Assembly: GCF_054482525.1 (NCBI RefSeq)
Contig: NZ_CM137006.1
Reading direction: 5' to 3' (one strand)
DNA: 64,000 nt
Position numbers and translations under genes: made by a program. Every line of letters begins with the position of its first letter. Positions within the stretch are counted from its first letter, which is position 1. The notes under the pieces are model-generated. The model ran no database searches. It was not told where the DNA came from and worked only from the letters and a program-made list of their open reading frames with translations. Positions 13,871 to 24,698 of the stretch are shown piece after piece.

Positions 13871-16168
13871 ATGAAATGGCTATGTTCAGTAGGAATCGCG
13901 GTGAGTCTGGCCCTGCAGCCAGCACTGGCGGATGATTTATTCGGTAACCATCCCTTAACGCCTGAAGCGCGGGATGCGTTCGTCACCGAACTGCTTAAGA
14001 AAATGACGGTTGATGAGAAAATTGGTCAGCTGCGCTTAATCAGCGTCGGCCCGGATAACCCGAAAGAGGCGATCCGCGAGATGATCAAAGACGGGCAGGT
14101 TGGGGCGATTTTCAACACCGTAACCCGTCAGGATATCCGCGCCATGCAGGATCAGGTGATGGAATTAAGCCGCCTGAAAATTCCTCTTTTCTTTGCTTAC
14201 GACGTGCTGCACGGTCAGCGCACGGTGTTCCCGATTAGCCTCGGTCTGGCCTCGTCTTTTAACCTCGATGCGGTGAAAACGGTCGGACGTGTCTCTGCTT
14301 ATGAAGCAGCAGATGATGGCCTGAATATGACCTGGGCACCAATGGTCGATGTTTCGCGCGATCCGCGCTGGGGACGTGCTTCCGAAGGTTTTGGCGAAGA
14401 TACGTATCTCACCTCAATAATGGGTAAAACCATGGTGGAAGCGATGCAGGGTAAAAGCCCGGCAGATCGCTACTCAGTGATGACCAGCGTCAAACACTTT
14501 GCCGCTTACGGCGCGGTAGAAGGCGGTAAAGAGTACAACACCGTCGATATGAGTCCGCAGCGCCTGTTTAATGATTATATGCCGCCGTACAAAGCGGGGC
14601 TGGACGCAGGCAGCGGCGCGGTGATGGTGGCGCTGAACTCGCTGAACGGTACGCCAGCCACCTCCGACTCCTGGCTGCTGAAAGATGTTCTGCGCGACCA
14701 GTGGGGCTTTAAAGGCATCACCGTTTCCGATCACGGCGCAATCAAAGAGCTGATTAAACATGGCACGGCGGCAGACCCGGAAGATGCGGTGCGCGTGGCG
14801 CTGAAATCCGGCATCAACATGAGTATGAGCGACGAGTATTACTCGAAGTATCTGCCTGGGTTGATCAAATCCGGCAAAGTGACCATGGAAGAGCTGGACG
14901 ATGCAGCCCGCCACGTACTGAACGTTAAATATGATATGGGGTTGTTTAACGACCCATACAGCCATTTGGGGCCGAAAGAGTCTGACCCGGTTGACACCAA
15001 TGCCGAAAGCCGCTTGCACCGCAAAGAAGCGCGTGAAGTGGCGCGCGAAAGCCTGGTGTTGCTGAAAAACCGTCTCGAAACGTTACCGCTGAAAAAATCC
15101 GCAACCATTGCGGTGGTTGGCCCGCTGGCAGACAGCAAGCGTGACGTGATGGGCAGCTGGTCGGCGGCAGGGGTTGCCGATCAATCCGTGACCGTGCTGA
15201 CCGGGATTAAAAATGCCGTCGGTGAAAACGGTAAAGTGCTGTATGCCAAAGGGGCGAACGTTACCAGTGACAAAGGCATTATCGACTTCCTGAATCAGTA
15301 TGAAGAAGCGGTAAAAGTCGATCCGCGCTCGCCGCAAGAGATGATTGATGAAGCGGTGCAAACCGCGAAACAATCTGATGTGGTGGTGGCTGTGGTCGGT
15401 GAAGCTCAGGGGATGGCGCACGAGGCTTCCAGCCGTACCGATATTACTATTCCGCAAAGCCAACGTGACTTGATTGCGGCGTTGAAAGCCACTGGTAAAC
15501 CGCTGGTTCTGGTGCTGATGAACGGGCGTCCGCTGGCGATGGTGAAAGAAGATCAGCAGGCTGATGCGATTCTGGAAACCTGGTTTGCGGGTACGGAAGG
15601 GGGGAATGCAATTGCCGATGTATTGTTTGGCGATTACAACCCGTCCGGCAAGCTGCCGATGTCCTTCCCGCGTTCTGTCGGGCAGATCCCGGTGTACTAC
15701 AGCCATCTGAACACCGGGCGTCCGTATAACGCCGATAAGCCGAACAAATACACGTCGCGTTATTTTGATGAAGCTAACGGGGCGCTTTATCCGTTCGGCT
15801 ATGGTCTGAGCTACACCACTTTCACCGTCTCTGATGTGAAACTTTCCGCGCCGACCATGAAGCGTGACGGCAAAGTGACCGCCAGTGTGCAGGTGACGAA
15901 CACCGGTAAGCGCGAAGGGGCGACGGTAGTCCAGATGTACCTGCAGGATGTGACGGCTTCTATGAGTCGCCCGGTGAAACAACTGAAAGGTTTTGAGAAA
16001 ATCACCCTGAAACCGGGCGAAACTCAGACCGTCAGCTTCCCGATTGATATCGAGGCGCTGAAGTTCTGGAATCAACAGATGAAATATGACGCCGAGCCTG
16101 GCAAGTTCAATGTCTTTATCGGCACTGATTCCGCACGCGTTAAGAAAGGCGAGTTTGAGTTGCTGTAA
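13871..16168 (+). CDS. bglX: periplasmic beta-glucosidase (GH3)
   Basis: Start placed at MKWLCSVGIAVSLALQPALA (signal peptide); 765 aa. Confidence 0.93.
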   Translation: MKWLCSVGIAVSLALQPALADDLFGNHPLTPEARDAFVTELLKKMTVDEKIGQLRLISVGPDNPKEAIREMIKDGQVGAIFNTVTRQDIRAMQDQVMELSRLKIPLFFAYDVLHGQRTVFPISLGLASSFNLDAVKTVGRVSAYEAADDGLNMTWAPMVDVSRDPRWGRASEGFGEDTYLTSIMGKTMVEAMQGKSPADRYSVMTSVKHFAAYGAVEGGKEYNTVDMSPQRLFNDYMPPYKAGLDAGSGAVMVALNSLNGTPATSDSWLLKDVLRDQWGFKGITVSDHGAIKELIKHGTAADPEDAVRVALKSGINMSMSDEYYSKYLPGLIKSGKVTMEELDDAARHVLNVKYDMGLFNDPYSHLGPKESDPVDTNAESRLHRKEAREVARESLVLLKNRLETLPLKKSATIAVVGPLADSKRDVMGSWSAAGVADQSVTVLTGIKNAVGENGKVLYAKGANVTSDKGIIDFLNQYEEAVKVDPRSPQEMIDEAVQTAKQSDVVVAVVGEAQGMAHEASSRTDITIPQSQRDLIAALKATGKPLVLVLMNGRPLAMVKEDQQADAILETWFAGTEGGNAIADVLFGDYNPSGKLPMSFPRSVGQIPVYYSHLNTGRPYNADKPNKYTSRYFDEANGALYPFGYGLSYTTFTVSDVKLSAPTMKRDGKVTASVQVTNTGKREGATVVQMYLQDVTASMSRPVKQLKGFEKITLKPGETQTVSFPIDIEALKFWNQQMKYDAEPGKFNVFIGTDSARVKKGEFELL

Positions 16169-16316
16169 TGCTTTAGTAAGGGCGCGACGTCTGCGCCATT
16201 TAAGTATTTATCTGATTCTGCAACTGAATCCGCCCAGACAGGCTAACCCTGTCATTATCAACTATGCTTTTCTCTTAATTCGCTGAAAACAACAGTAAAA
16301 GAATGAGGAAAGCATC

Positions 16317-17234
16317 ATGCCACTCTCAAAGCTCTGGGCAGGTTCACTGGTTATGTTGGCAGCCGTGAGCCTGCCGCTACAGGCGGCTTCCCCCGTTAAG
16401 GTCGGTTCAAAAATCGATACCGAAGGCGCGCTGCTCGGCAATATCATTTTGCAGGTGCTGGAAAGCCACGGCGTTCCTACGGTAAATAAAGTGCAATTGG
16501 GAACGACTCCTGTGGTGCGCGGGGCGATTACTTCCGGTGAACTGGATATCTATCCGGAATATACCGGCAATGGCGCGTTTTTCTTTAAAGATGAAAACGA
16601 TGCGGCGTGGAAAAATGCCGGGCAGGGCTACGAGAAAGTCAAAAAGCTCGATGCAGAGCAAAACAAGTTAATCTGGCTGACGCCCGCACCTGCGAATAAC
16701 ACTTGGACCATCGCCGTGCGTCAGGATGTGGCAGAGAAAAACAAACTCACTTCGCTTGCTGACCTGAGTCGTTATCTGAAAGACGGTGGCACCTTCAAAC
16801 TGGCTGCCTCAGCAGAATTTATTGAACGCGCCGATGCGTTACCCGCGTTTGAAAAAGCCTATGGCTTTAAGCTCGGTCAGGATCAGTTGCTGTCACTGGC
16901 GGGCGGCGATACGGCAGTGACGATCAAAGCCGCTGCTCAGCAAACCTCTGGCGTTAATGCCGCAATGGCTTACGGTACCGACGGTCCGGTCGCGGCGCTG
17001 GGGCTGCAAACCTTAAGCGATCCGCAAGGCGTGCAACCTATCTACGCGCCTGCACCAGTGGTGCGTGAGTCGGTGTTGAAAGAGTATCCGCAAATGGCAC
17101 AGTGGTTACAGCCAGTCTTCGCCAGCCTCGATGAAAAAACATTGCAGCAACTGAATGCCAGCATTGCTGTGGAAGGACTGGATGCCAAAAAAGTGGCTGC
17201 CGACTACCTGAAACAAAAAGGGTGGACGAAGTAA
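16317..17234 (+). CDS. osmF: glycine betaine/osmoprotectant ABC transporter periplasmic binding protein
   Basis: 305-aa ORF with signal peptide; first gene of the osmF-yehYXW arrangement. Confidence 0.88.
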   Translation: MPLSKLWAGSLVMLAAVSLPLQAASPVKVGSKIDTEGALLGNIILQVLESHGVPTVNKVQLGTTPVVRGAITSGELDIYPEYTGNGAFFFKDENDAAWKNAGQGYEKVKKLDAEQNKLIWLTPAPANNTWTIAVRQDVAEKNKLTSLADLSRYLKDGGTFKLAASAEFIERADALPAFEKAYGFKLGQDQLLSLAGGDTAVTIKAAAQQTSGVNAAMAYGTDGPVAALGLQTLSDPQGVQPIYAPAPVVRESVLKEYPQMAQWLQPVFASLDEKTLQQLNASIAVEGLDAKKVAADYLKQKGWTK

Positions 17235-17240
17235 TTTCCC

Positions 17241-18398
17241 GTGACTTATTTCCGTATTAATCCTGTTCTGGCGCTGCTGCTGTTGCTGACGGCAATCGCA
17301 GCGGCGCTGCCGTTTATCAGTTACGCGCCTAATCGTTTAGTTTCGGGTGAGGGGCGTCATCTCTGGCAGCTGTGGCCGCAAACGATCTGGATGCTGGTGG
17401 GCGTTGGTTGCGCCTGGATGACAGCCTGTTTTATTCCCGCTAAAAAAGGCAGCATTTTTGCACTCATTCTGGCGCAATTCGTCTTCGTATTGCTGGTGTG
17501 GGGAGCAGGAAAGGCGGCGACACAACTGGCACAAAATGGCAGTGCGCTGGCGCGTACCAGCCTCGGCAGTGGTTTCTGGCTGGCTGCGGCGCTGGCATTG
17601 CTGGCCTGTAGCGATGCCATCCGCCGAATATCCACGCATCCGCTGTGGCGCTGGTTGTTGCATATGCAGATTGCCATTATTCCGCTGTGGTTGCTGTACG
17701 CCGGCACGCTTAACGATCTCTCGCTAATGAAAGAATACGCCAACCGTCAGGATGTGTTTGACGACGCGCTGGCACAACATCTGACGTTGCTGTTTGGTGC
17801 GGTGCTGCCTGCGTTAGTGATTGGTGTGCCGTTGGGCATCTGGTGCTACTTTTCCACTGCGCGGCAGGGGGCGATTTTTTCGCTACTCAATGTCATTCAG
17901 ACCGTGCCTTCGGTAGCGCTCTTTGGCCTGTTGATTGCGCCGCTTGCCGCGCTGGTTACGGCCTTTCCGTGGCTGGGTAAGCTCGGCATAGCAGGAACAG
18001 GCATGACACCCGCACTGATTGCGCTGGTGCTCTATGCCTTGCTGCCGCTGGTGCGCGGCGTTGTAGTCGGCTTGAACCAGATCCCGCGCGATGTGCTGGA
18101 GAGCGCCAGAGCGATGGGCATGAGCGGGGCGCAGCGATTCCTGCATGTTCAGTTACCGCTGGCGTTACCGGTATTTCTGCGTAGCCTGCGGGTGGTGATG
18201 GTGCAAACCGTCGGCATGGCGGTGATTGCGGCGTTAATCGGCGCAGGCGGTTTTGGTGCGCTGGTTTTCCAGGGGCTGCTAAGCAGTGCCATTGATTTAG
18301 TGTTGCTGGGGGTGATCCCGGTAATTGTTCTGGCGGTGCTGATCGATGCGCTGTTCGATTTGCTTATCGCACTGCTGAAGGTGAAACGTAATGATTGA
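17241..18398 (+). CDS. yehY: osmoprotectant ABC transporter permease YehY
   Basis: 385-aa polytopic ORF with GTG start at 17241; recalled match to YehY. Confidence 0.88.
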   Translation: MTYFRINPVLALLLLLTAIAAALPFISYAPNRLVSGEGRHLWQLWPQTIWMLVGVGCAWMTACFIPAKKGSIFALILAQFVFVLLVWGAGKAATQLAQNGSALARTSLGSGFWLAAALALLACSDAIRRISTHPLWRWLLHMQIAIIPLWLLYAGTLNDLSLMKEYANRQDVFDDALAQHLTLLFGAVLPALVIGVPLGIWCYFSTARQGAIFSLLNVIQTVPSVALFGLLIAPLAALVTAFPWLGKLGIAGTGMTPALIALVLYALLPLVRGVVVGLNQIPRDVLESARAMGMSGAQRFLHVQLPLALPVFLRSLRVVMVQTVGMAVIAALIGAGGFGALVFQGLLSSAIDLVLLGVIPVIVLAVLIDALFDLLIALLKVKRND

Positions 18399-19317
18399 AT
18401 TTAGCCATGTCAGCAAACTGTTCGGCGCACAAAAAGCCGTTAACGATCTCAATCTCAATTTTCAGGAGGGGAGTTTTTCGGTGCTGATTGGTACATCAGG
18501 CTCCGGTAAATCCACCACTCTGAAAATGATTAACCGCCTGGTGGAGCATGACAGTGGCGTGATCCGCTTTGCCGGAGAAGAAATTCGCTCGCTGCCAGTG
18601 CTGGAGTTGCGCCGCCGGATGGGCTATGCCATTCAATCTATTGGCCTGTTTCCCCACTGGAGCGTGGCGCAAAACATCGCTACCGTGCCGCAATTACAAA
18701 AATGGTCACGGGCGCGGATCGACGATCGTATCGACGAATTAATGGCGCTACTGGGGCTGGAGCCAAATTTGCGTGAGCGTTATCCGCATCAGCTTTCTGG
18801 CGGTCAGCAGCAACGTGTGGGAGTGGCGCGCGCACTGGCTGCCGATCCGCAAGTCTTACTGATGGATGAACCTTTTGGCGCACTGGACCCGGTAACGCGC
18901 GGCGCGTTGCAACAAGAGATGACGCGCATTCACCGTTTGCTGGGGCGCACTATTGTGCTGGTCACTCATGATATTGATGAGGCGCTACGGCTGGCAGAAC
19001 ATCTGGTATTGATGGATCACGGTGAAGTGGTGCAGCAGGGCAATCCGCTGACGATGCTGACTCGTCCGGCGAATGATTTTGTCCGCCAGTTTTTTGGGCA
19101 TAGTGAACTGGGTGTCCGCCTGCTTTCGTTACGTAGTGTGGCGGATTACGTGCGTCGCGAAGAACGGGCAGAAGGTGAGGCACTGGCAGAAGAGATGACG
19201 CTACGCGATGCGCTCTCCCTGTTTGTCGCGCGGGGATGCGAGGTGCTGCCGGTGGTGAACACGCAGGGCCAGCCTTGCGGCACGCTGCATTTTCAGGATC
19301 TGCTGGTGGAGGCGTAA
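18391..19317 (+). CDS. yehX: osmoprotectant ABC transporter ATP-binding protein YehX
   Basis: Walker [10 protein letters not shown] and ABC signature LSGGQQQR; start overlaps yehY end. Confidence 0.9.
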   Translation: MIEFSHVSKLFGAQKAVNDLNLNFQEGSFSVLIGTSGSGKSTTLKMINRLVEHDSGVIRFAGEEIRSLPVLELRRRMGYAIQSIGLFPHWSVAQNIATVPQLQKWSRARIDDRIDELMALLGLEPNLRERYPHQLSGGQQQRVGVARALAADPQVLLMDEPFGALDPVTRGALQQEMTRIHRLLGRTIVLVTHDIDEALRLAEHLVLMDHGEVVQQGNPLTMLTRPANDFVRQFFGHSELGVRLLSLRSVADYVRREERAEGEALAEEMTLRDALSLFVARGCEVLPVVNTQGQPCGTLHFQDLLVEA

Positions 19318-19321
19318 GCGT

Positions 19322-20053
19322 ATGAAGATGTTGCGCGATCCGCTGTTCTGGCTCATTGCTTTGTTTGTGGCACTGCTTTTCTGGCTGCCTTACAGCCAGC
19401 CGCTGTTTGCTGCCTTGTTCCCACAACTGCCACGACCCGTTTATCAGCAGGAAAGCTTTGCAGCTCTGGCACTGGCTCATTTCTGGCTGGTGGGAATTTC
19501 GAGTTTGTTTGCGGTGATCATTGGTACTGGTGCCGGAATTATTGTTACTCGCCCGTGGGGCGCGGAATTTCGCCCACTGGTGGAAACTATTGCCGCCGTT
19601 GGGCAGACTTTTCCGCCCGTTGCGGTGCTGGCGATTGCCGTTCCGGTGATCGGCTTTGGTCTGCAACCCGCGATTATCGCCTTGATCCTTTACGGCGTGC
19701 TGCCCGTCCTGCAGGCGACACTTGCCGGGCTGGGAGCGATTGATGTCAGCGTGACAGAAGTTGCGAAAGGTATGGGAATGAGCCGTGGTCAGCGACTGCG
19801 TAAGGTCGAGCTACCGCTGGCGGCTCCGGTGATTCTGGCGGGCGTGCGAACTTCGGTGATTATCAACATTGGTACGGCGACGATCGCCTCAACGGTAGGG
19901 GCCAGCACGCTGGGTACGCCCATCATCATCGGGCTTAGCGGATTTAATACCGCGTATGTGATCCAGGGGGCGTTACTGGTGGCACTGGCGGCGATCATTG
20001 CAGACCGCCTGTTTGAAAGGCTGGTGCAGGCGCTTAGCCAGCACGCAAAATAA
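19322..20053 (+). CDS. yehW: osmoprotectant ABC transporter permease YehW
   Basis: 243-aa polytopic membrane ORF. Confidence 0.88.
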
Positions 20054-20141
20054 AGGTATAACCTGCGAGCATGACGCCACCAATTCCGCCTAACGCCATA
20101 AACAGGAACAGGGCGATGACCCCAATTTTAGCTATGCGCAT
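20034..20141 (-). CDS. yohO: small membrane protein YohO (35 aa)
   Basis: Minus-strand translation [35 protein letters not shown]; 3' end overlaps the yehW 3' end convergently. Confidence 0.7.
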
Positions 20142-20200
20142 AATGCACTCCTTATGTTAACGAAAGGATTGTACAGTAAAGCGCATTTGTTAACGAATGA

Positions 20201-20932
20201 TTAAATGCCGAGTGGGAAAATATCATGGCCTTGTTCCTGCCAACTGGTAAGTTGCTGCTGTTGGGCAGAGGTTCGATTTTCACCGCACCACACCAGCAAT
20301 GTACGGCCTTCGAACAGTTCAGGGCGTAGTTGATTGAGCGAGTGGGCGAGGACATCAATGCGCCATCCTTGTTGACTGGCAATCCAGCCCTCCAGCCACA
20401 GACGGGTGGTATCGTGAATATTCCAGCCAACCACCAGCGCATCTTTACCCTGTTTTTTACGTGCCGAAGCCAGACAAATGGCGATGTAGTTGATCAGTAC
20501 GCCGTCGAGGATCGCCAGCAGCGCCTGGAGAGTCGGTTGTTGGCACTGAAGTCGTCGGCGCAGAGGAATAAACAGATGCGTGGTGAGTGTCTGGGCGGGG
20601 TAATCCTGACCGCGCTCTTTGATCCACGTTCGCAGGCTATGCAGATTGCCGCTTTGCAGGTAAGTCAGTAATGTTTCTTGCTGATCGCGCCAGCCGTTCT
20701 GCACATCAACATTTTCATTACTGAGCAGCATTTTAACTTTGCTGACCTGCACGCCGTTGTCGATCCAGCGTTTGATCTCGCGGATCCGGTCAATATCGGC
20801 ATCGTTGAACAGCCGATGGCCGCCGTCTGTTCGTTGCGGTTTCAGCAATCCGTAACGCCTCTGCCACGCGCGTAACGTGACAGGGTTAATATCACAAAGC
20901 AACGCCACTTCACCAATTGTGTAAAGCGCCAT
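20201..20932 (-). CDS. mlrA: MerR-family transcriptional regulator MlrA (csgD activator)
   Basis: 243-aa ORF with N-terminal MerR-type HTH (MALYTIGEVALLCDINPVTLRAWQRRYGLL). Confidence 0.9.
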   Translation of the reverse strand: MALYTIGEVALLCDINPVTLRAWQRRYGLLKPQRTDGGHRLFNDADIDRIREIKRWIDNGVQVSKVKMLLSNENVDVQNGWRDQQETLLTYLQSGNLHSLRTWIKERGQDYPAQTLTTHLFIPLRRRLQCQQPTLQALLAILDGVLINYIAICLASARKKQGKDALVVGWNIHDTTRLWLEGWIASQQGWRIDVLAHSLNQLRPELFEGRTLLVWCGENRTSAQQQQLTSWQEQGHDIFPLGI

Positions 20933-21153
20933 CGTCTCACCCTTGCTCGCGAGGTCCCGGTTTAACTTTAGACGCAGTTTTGCGAACCAGGTAGTTTTGC
21001 CCGTTTTTTGTGCATCTATAGGGTGATTTTATTTTTGCCAGGCGATTTTGAGTGATCGTACTCACGAATTCTCATTTTTCTGCAAGAGTTCAAAGAAAGT
21101 TAAACGCAGGCAATGTATGTTACGCGTTTTAAAGGGAAGTGTGGTTTGCGGGT

Positions 21154-22839
21154 ATGTACGATTTTAATCTGGTGTTGCTGCTGCTTCAGCAGATGTGCGT
21201 TTTTTTAGTCATTGCGTGGTTAATGAGTAAAACGCCATTATTCATACCGTTAATGCAGGTCACGGTTCGTCTGCCGCATAAATTTCTCTGCTACATCGTC
21301 TTTTCCATCTTCTGCATCATGGGCACCTGGTTTGGGTTGCACATTGACGATTCTATTGCCAATACCCGTGCGATAGGCGCGGTAATGGGCGGCTTGCTCG
21401 GCGGTCCGGTCGTCGGTGGGCTGGTTGGTCTGACCGGCGGGTTACATCGATATTCGATGGGGGGCATGACCGCGCTAAGTTGCATGATCTCGACCATCGT
21501 TGAAGGATTGCTCGGCGGCCTGGTACACAGCATCCTGATCCGTCGCGGGCGCACTGATAAAGTCTTTAACCCCATTACCGCCGGTGCCGTCACGTTCGTC
21601 GCTGAAATGGTGCAAATGTTGATCATCCTGGCGATCGCCCGACCTTATGAAGATGCGGTGCGTCTGGTGAGTAATATTGCTGCGCCAATGATGGTTACCA
21701 ATACCGTCGGCGCGGCGCTGTTTATGCGTATATTGCTCGATAAACGCGCGATGTTTGAAAAATACACTTCGGCTTTTTCTGCCACTGCGCTAAAAGTGGC
21801 TGCCTCGACGGAAGGCATTTTGCGCCAGGGGTTTAACGAAGTTAACAGCATGAAAGTGGCACAGGTGCTGTATCAGGAGCTGGATATTGGTGCAGTCGCG
21901 ATTACCGATCGAGAGAAATTGCTGGCCTTTACCGGAATTGGTGACGATCACCATTTACCCGGCAAACCGATTTCTTCGACTTACACCTTAAAAGCGATTG
22001 AAACCGGTGAAGTGGTCTACGCTGATGGCAACGAAGTACCTTATCGTTGCTCTTTGCATCCGCAATGCAAACTGGGGTCGACGCTGGTAATTCCGTTGCG
22101 TGGTGAAAATCAGCGGGTGATGGGCACCATCAAATTGTATGAAGCCAAAAACCGTTTATTCAGTTCAATCAACCGCACGCTGGGCGAGGGGATTGCGCAA
22201 CTGCTTTCGGCGCAGATCCTCGCCGGGCAATATGAGCGGCAAAAAGCGATGCTCACCCAGTCAGAGATCAAACTGCTTCACGCCCAGGTGAACCCCCATT
22301 TTTTGTTTAATGCGCTTAACACCATTAAAGCGGTGATCCGCCGCGACAGCGAACAGGCCAGCCAGCTGGTCCAGTATCTTTCCACTTTTTTCCGCAAAAA
22401 CTTAAAGCGGCCTTCGGAGTTTGTTACTCTCGCAGACGAAATTGAACATGTGAACGCTTATCTGCAAATTGAAAAGGCGCGCTTCCAGTCGCGGTTGCAG
22501 GTCAACATTGCTATTCCGCAAGAATTATCCCAGCAGCAATTGCCCGCGTTTACCCTGCAACCGATAGTGGAAAACGCCATTAAACATGGGACATCACAAC
22601 TGCTCGATACAGGGCGAGTGGCAATCAGCGCCCGACGTGAGGGGCAACATTTGATGCTGGAGATCGAAGACAATGCCGGTTTGTATCAACCGGTAACCAA
22701 TGCCAGTGGGCTGGGGATGAATCTGGTGGATAAGCGTTTACGTGAACGGTTTGGCGATGACTATGGGATAAGCGTCGCCTGTGAGCCTGATAGTTACACC
22801 CGAATAACGTTACGACTACCATGGAGGGACGAGGCATGA
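21154..22839 (+). CDS. btsS: LytS-type sensor histidine kinase BtsS (YehU)
   Basis: Start placed at [13 protein letters not shown]; N-terminal membrane domain, GAF-like region and His-kinase block ([14 protein letters not shown]). Confidence 0.9.
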
Positions 22840-23555
22840 TTAAAGTCTTAATTGTCGATGATGAACCGTTAGCACGGGAGAACCTGCGCGTATTTTTGCA
22901 GGAGCAGAGCGATATTGAAATTGTTGGAGAGTGTTCAAACGCCGTGGAAGGGATCGGCGCGGTGCATAAACTGCGCCCGGATGTGCTGTTTCTCGATATC
23001 CAGATGCCGCGCATCAGTGGTCTGGAAATGGTGGGGATGCTCGACCCGGAACATCGTCCGTATATTGTTTTTCTCACCGCGTTTGACGAATACGCTATTA
23101 AAGCCTTTGAAGAACATGCCTTTGATTATCTGCTGAAGCCAATTGATGAAGCGCGACTGGAGAAAACGCTGGCGCGATTGCGTCAGGAGCGCAGCAAGCA
23201 GGATGTTTCGCTGTTACCGGAAAATCAACAGGCGCTGAAATTTATCCCTTGTACGGGGCATAGTCGGATTTATTTGCTGCAAATGAAAGATGTGGCATTT
23301 GTCAGCAGTCGGATGAGCGGTGTCTACGTTACGAGTCACGAAGGGAAAGAGGGCTTTACCGAACTGACATTACGTACCCTGGAGAGTCGTACACCACTAC
23401 TACGCTGCCATCGTCAGTATCTGGTTAACCTCGCGCATTTACAGGAGATTCGTCTGGAAGATAACGGCCAGGCCGAGTTGATTTTGCGTAATGGCTTAAC
23501 CGTGCCGGTCAGCCGTCGTTATCTGAAAAGCTTAAAAGAGGCGATTGGCCTGTAA
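22836..23555 (+). CDS. btsR: LytTR-family response regulator BtsR (YehT)
   Basis: Start placed at [15 protein letters not shown]; receiver domain plus C-terminal LytTR domain; 4-nt overlap with btsS. Confidence 0.9.
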
Positions 23556-23601
23556 AAGACTGCTAAAATGGCTTTTTGCCTCATCAACACCTGAAGGCCT
23601 C

Positions 23602-24072
23602 ATGCTAAGTAACGATATTCTGCGCAGCGTGCGCTACATTTTGAAAGCCAATAATAATGACCTGGTGCGTATTCTGGCGCTGGGTAATGTCGAAGCCACC
23701 GCGGAACAGATCGCCGTCTGGCTACGTAAAGAAGACGAAGAGGGTTTTCAGCGTTGTCCGGACATTGTTTTGTCTTCCTTCCTCAATGGCCTGATTTATG
23801 AAAAACGCGGCAAGGATGAGTCTGCTCCGGCACTGGAGCCGGAACGTCGCATTAATAACAACATCGTGCTGAAAAAATTACGCATCGCGTTTTCGCTGAA
23901 AACCGATGACATTCTGGCGATCCTCACCGAACAGCAGTTCCGCGTTTCGATGCCGGAAATTACGGCGATGATGCGTGCACCGGATCATAAAAACTTCCGC
24001 GAATGCGGCGATCAATTTTTACGTTATTTTCTGCGTGGACTGGCAGCGCGCCAGCATGTGAAGAAAAGCTAA
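23602..24072 (+). CDS. yehS: DUF1456 protein YehS
   Basis: Start placed at MLSNDILRSVRYILK; recalled match to YehS. Confidence 0.8.
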   Translation: MLSNDILRSVRYILKANNNDLVRILALGNVEATAEQIAVWLRKEDEEGFQRCPDIVLSSFLNGLIYEKRGKDESAPALEPERRINNNIVLKKLRIAFSLKTDDILAILTEQQFRVSMPEITAMMRAPDHKNFRECGDQFLRYFLRGLAARQHVKKS

Positions 24073-24112
24073 GACGGGTATGGCGGCCATGCGAAACATG
24101 GCCGCCGACAGA

Positions 24113-24574
24113 TTATTTCACTTCTTTAAAACCAGCGGCTTTCATCACCAGTTCCATTTGCGCCATAGTGATACCTTTTTTGGCATCTTCAGCAGAAACG
24201 TTGATTCCTGAAATACCCTGCAGGGCTTTAAAATCCACTTTTTCCATATCGATAGTCACGTTTTCCTGCGCGTAGGTATCGGTATAGGTTAATTTTTCTT
24301 CAACACCCGCGATATTTTTGTATTTGGCGCTTAACGGCTCAAGTGTCTTGGCAGCGTCTTCTTTGGTGGTTGCACCAATGGAGGCAAATTGAATTTTGGT
24401 TTCAGAAGATTGCTTAAGCACCTTGTCACCTTTGTAGACATAGGTAATGGCAATTTCAGTACCGTTCAGATTGGCGCTGAATTTTTTCGATTCTTCTTTG
24501 TCACCGCAGCCAGCAAGAGAGAAAACCAGAACAGATGCAACAACGAGGGAAAACAGCTTATTGAAAGCCTTCAT
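24113..24574 (-). CDS. yehR: lipoprotein YehR (DUF1307)
   Basis: Start placed at MKAFNKLFSLVVASVLVFSLAGC (lipobox). Confidence 0.85.
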   Translation of the reverse strand: MKAFNKLFSLVVASVLVFSLAGCGDKEESKKFSANLNGTEIAITYVYKGDKVLKQSSETKIQFASIGATTKEDAAKTLEPLSAKYKNIAGVEEKLTYTDTYAQENVTIDMEKVDFKALQGISGINVSAEDAKKGITMAQMELVMKAAGFKEVK

Positions 24575-24698
24575 GTAAAACTCCATTTTATTTAATCAAG
24601 AAACTGGTGACTCTCACCAGGGGCTATATAGGATATGCCTAATACCGTGGCGTGAGCAGTCCGGAACTGGAGTAGAACTCTTAGTAAAAAGCACTATT

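Noticed and set aside
15083-16075. 330-aa ORF on the minus strand
   Set aside because: Lies entirely antisense within bglX, whose frame has a signal peptide and full-length GH3 homology; Arg/His-rich composition typical of a chance antisense frame
18962-19666. 234-aa ORF on the minus strand
   Set aside because: Antisense to yehX/yehW; low-complexity Arg/Pro/Ala-rich translation; the ABC transporter genes account for the region
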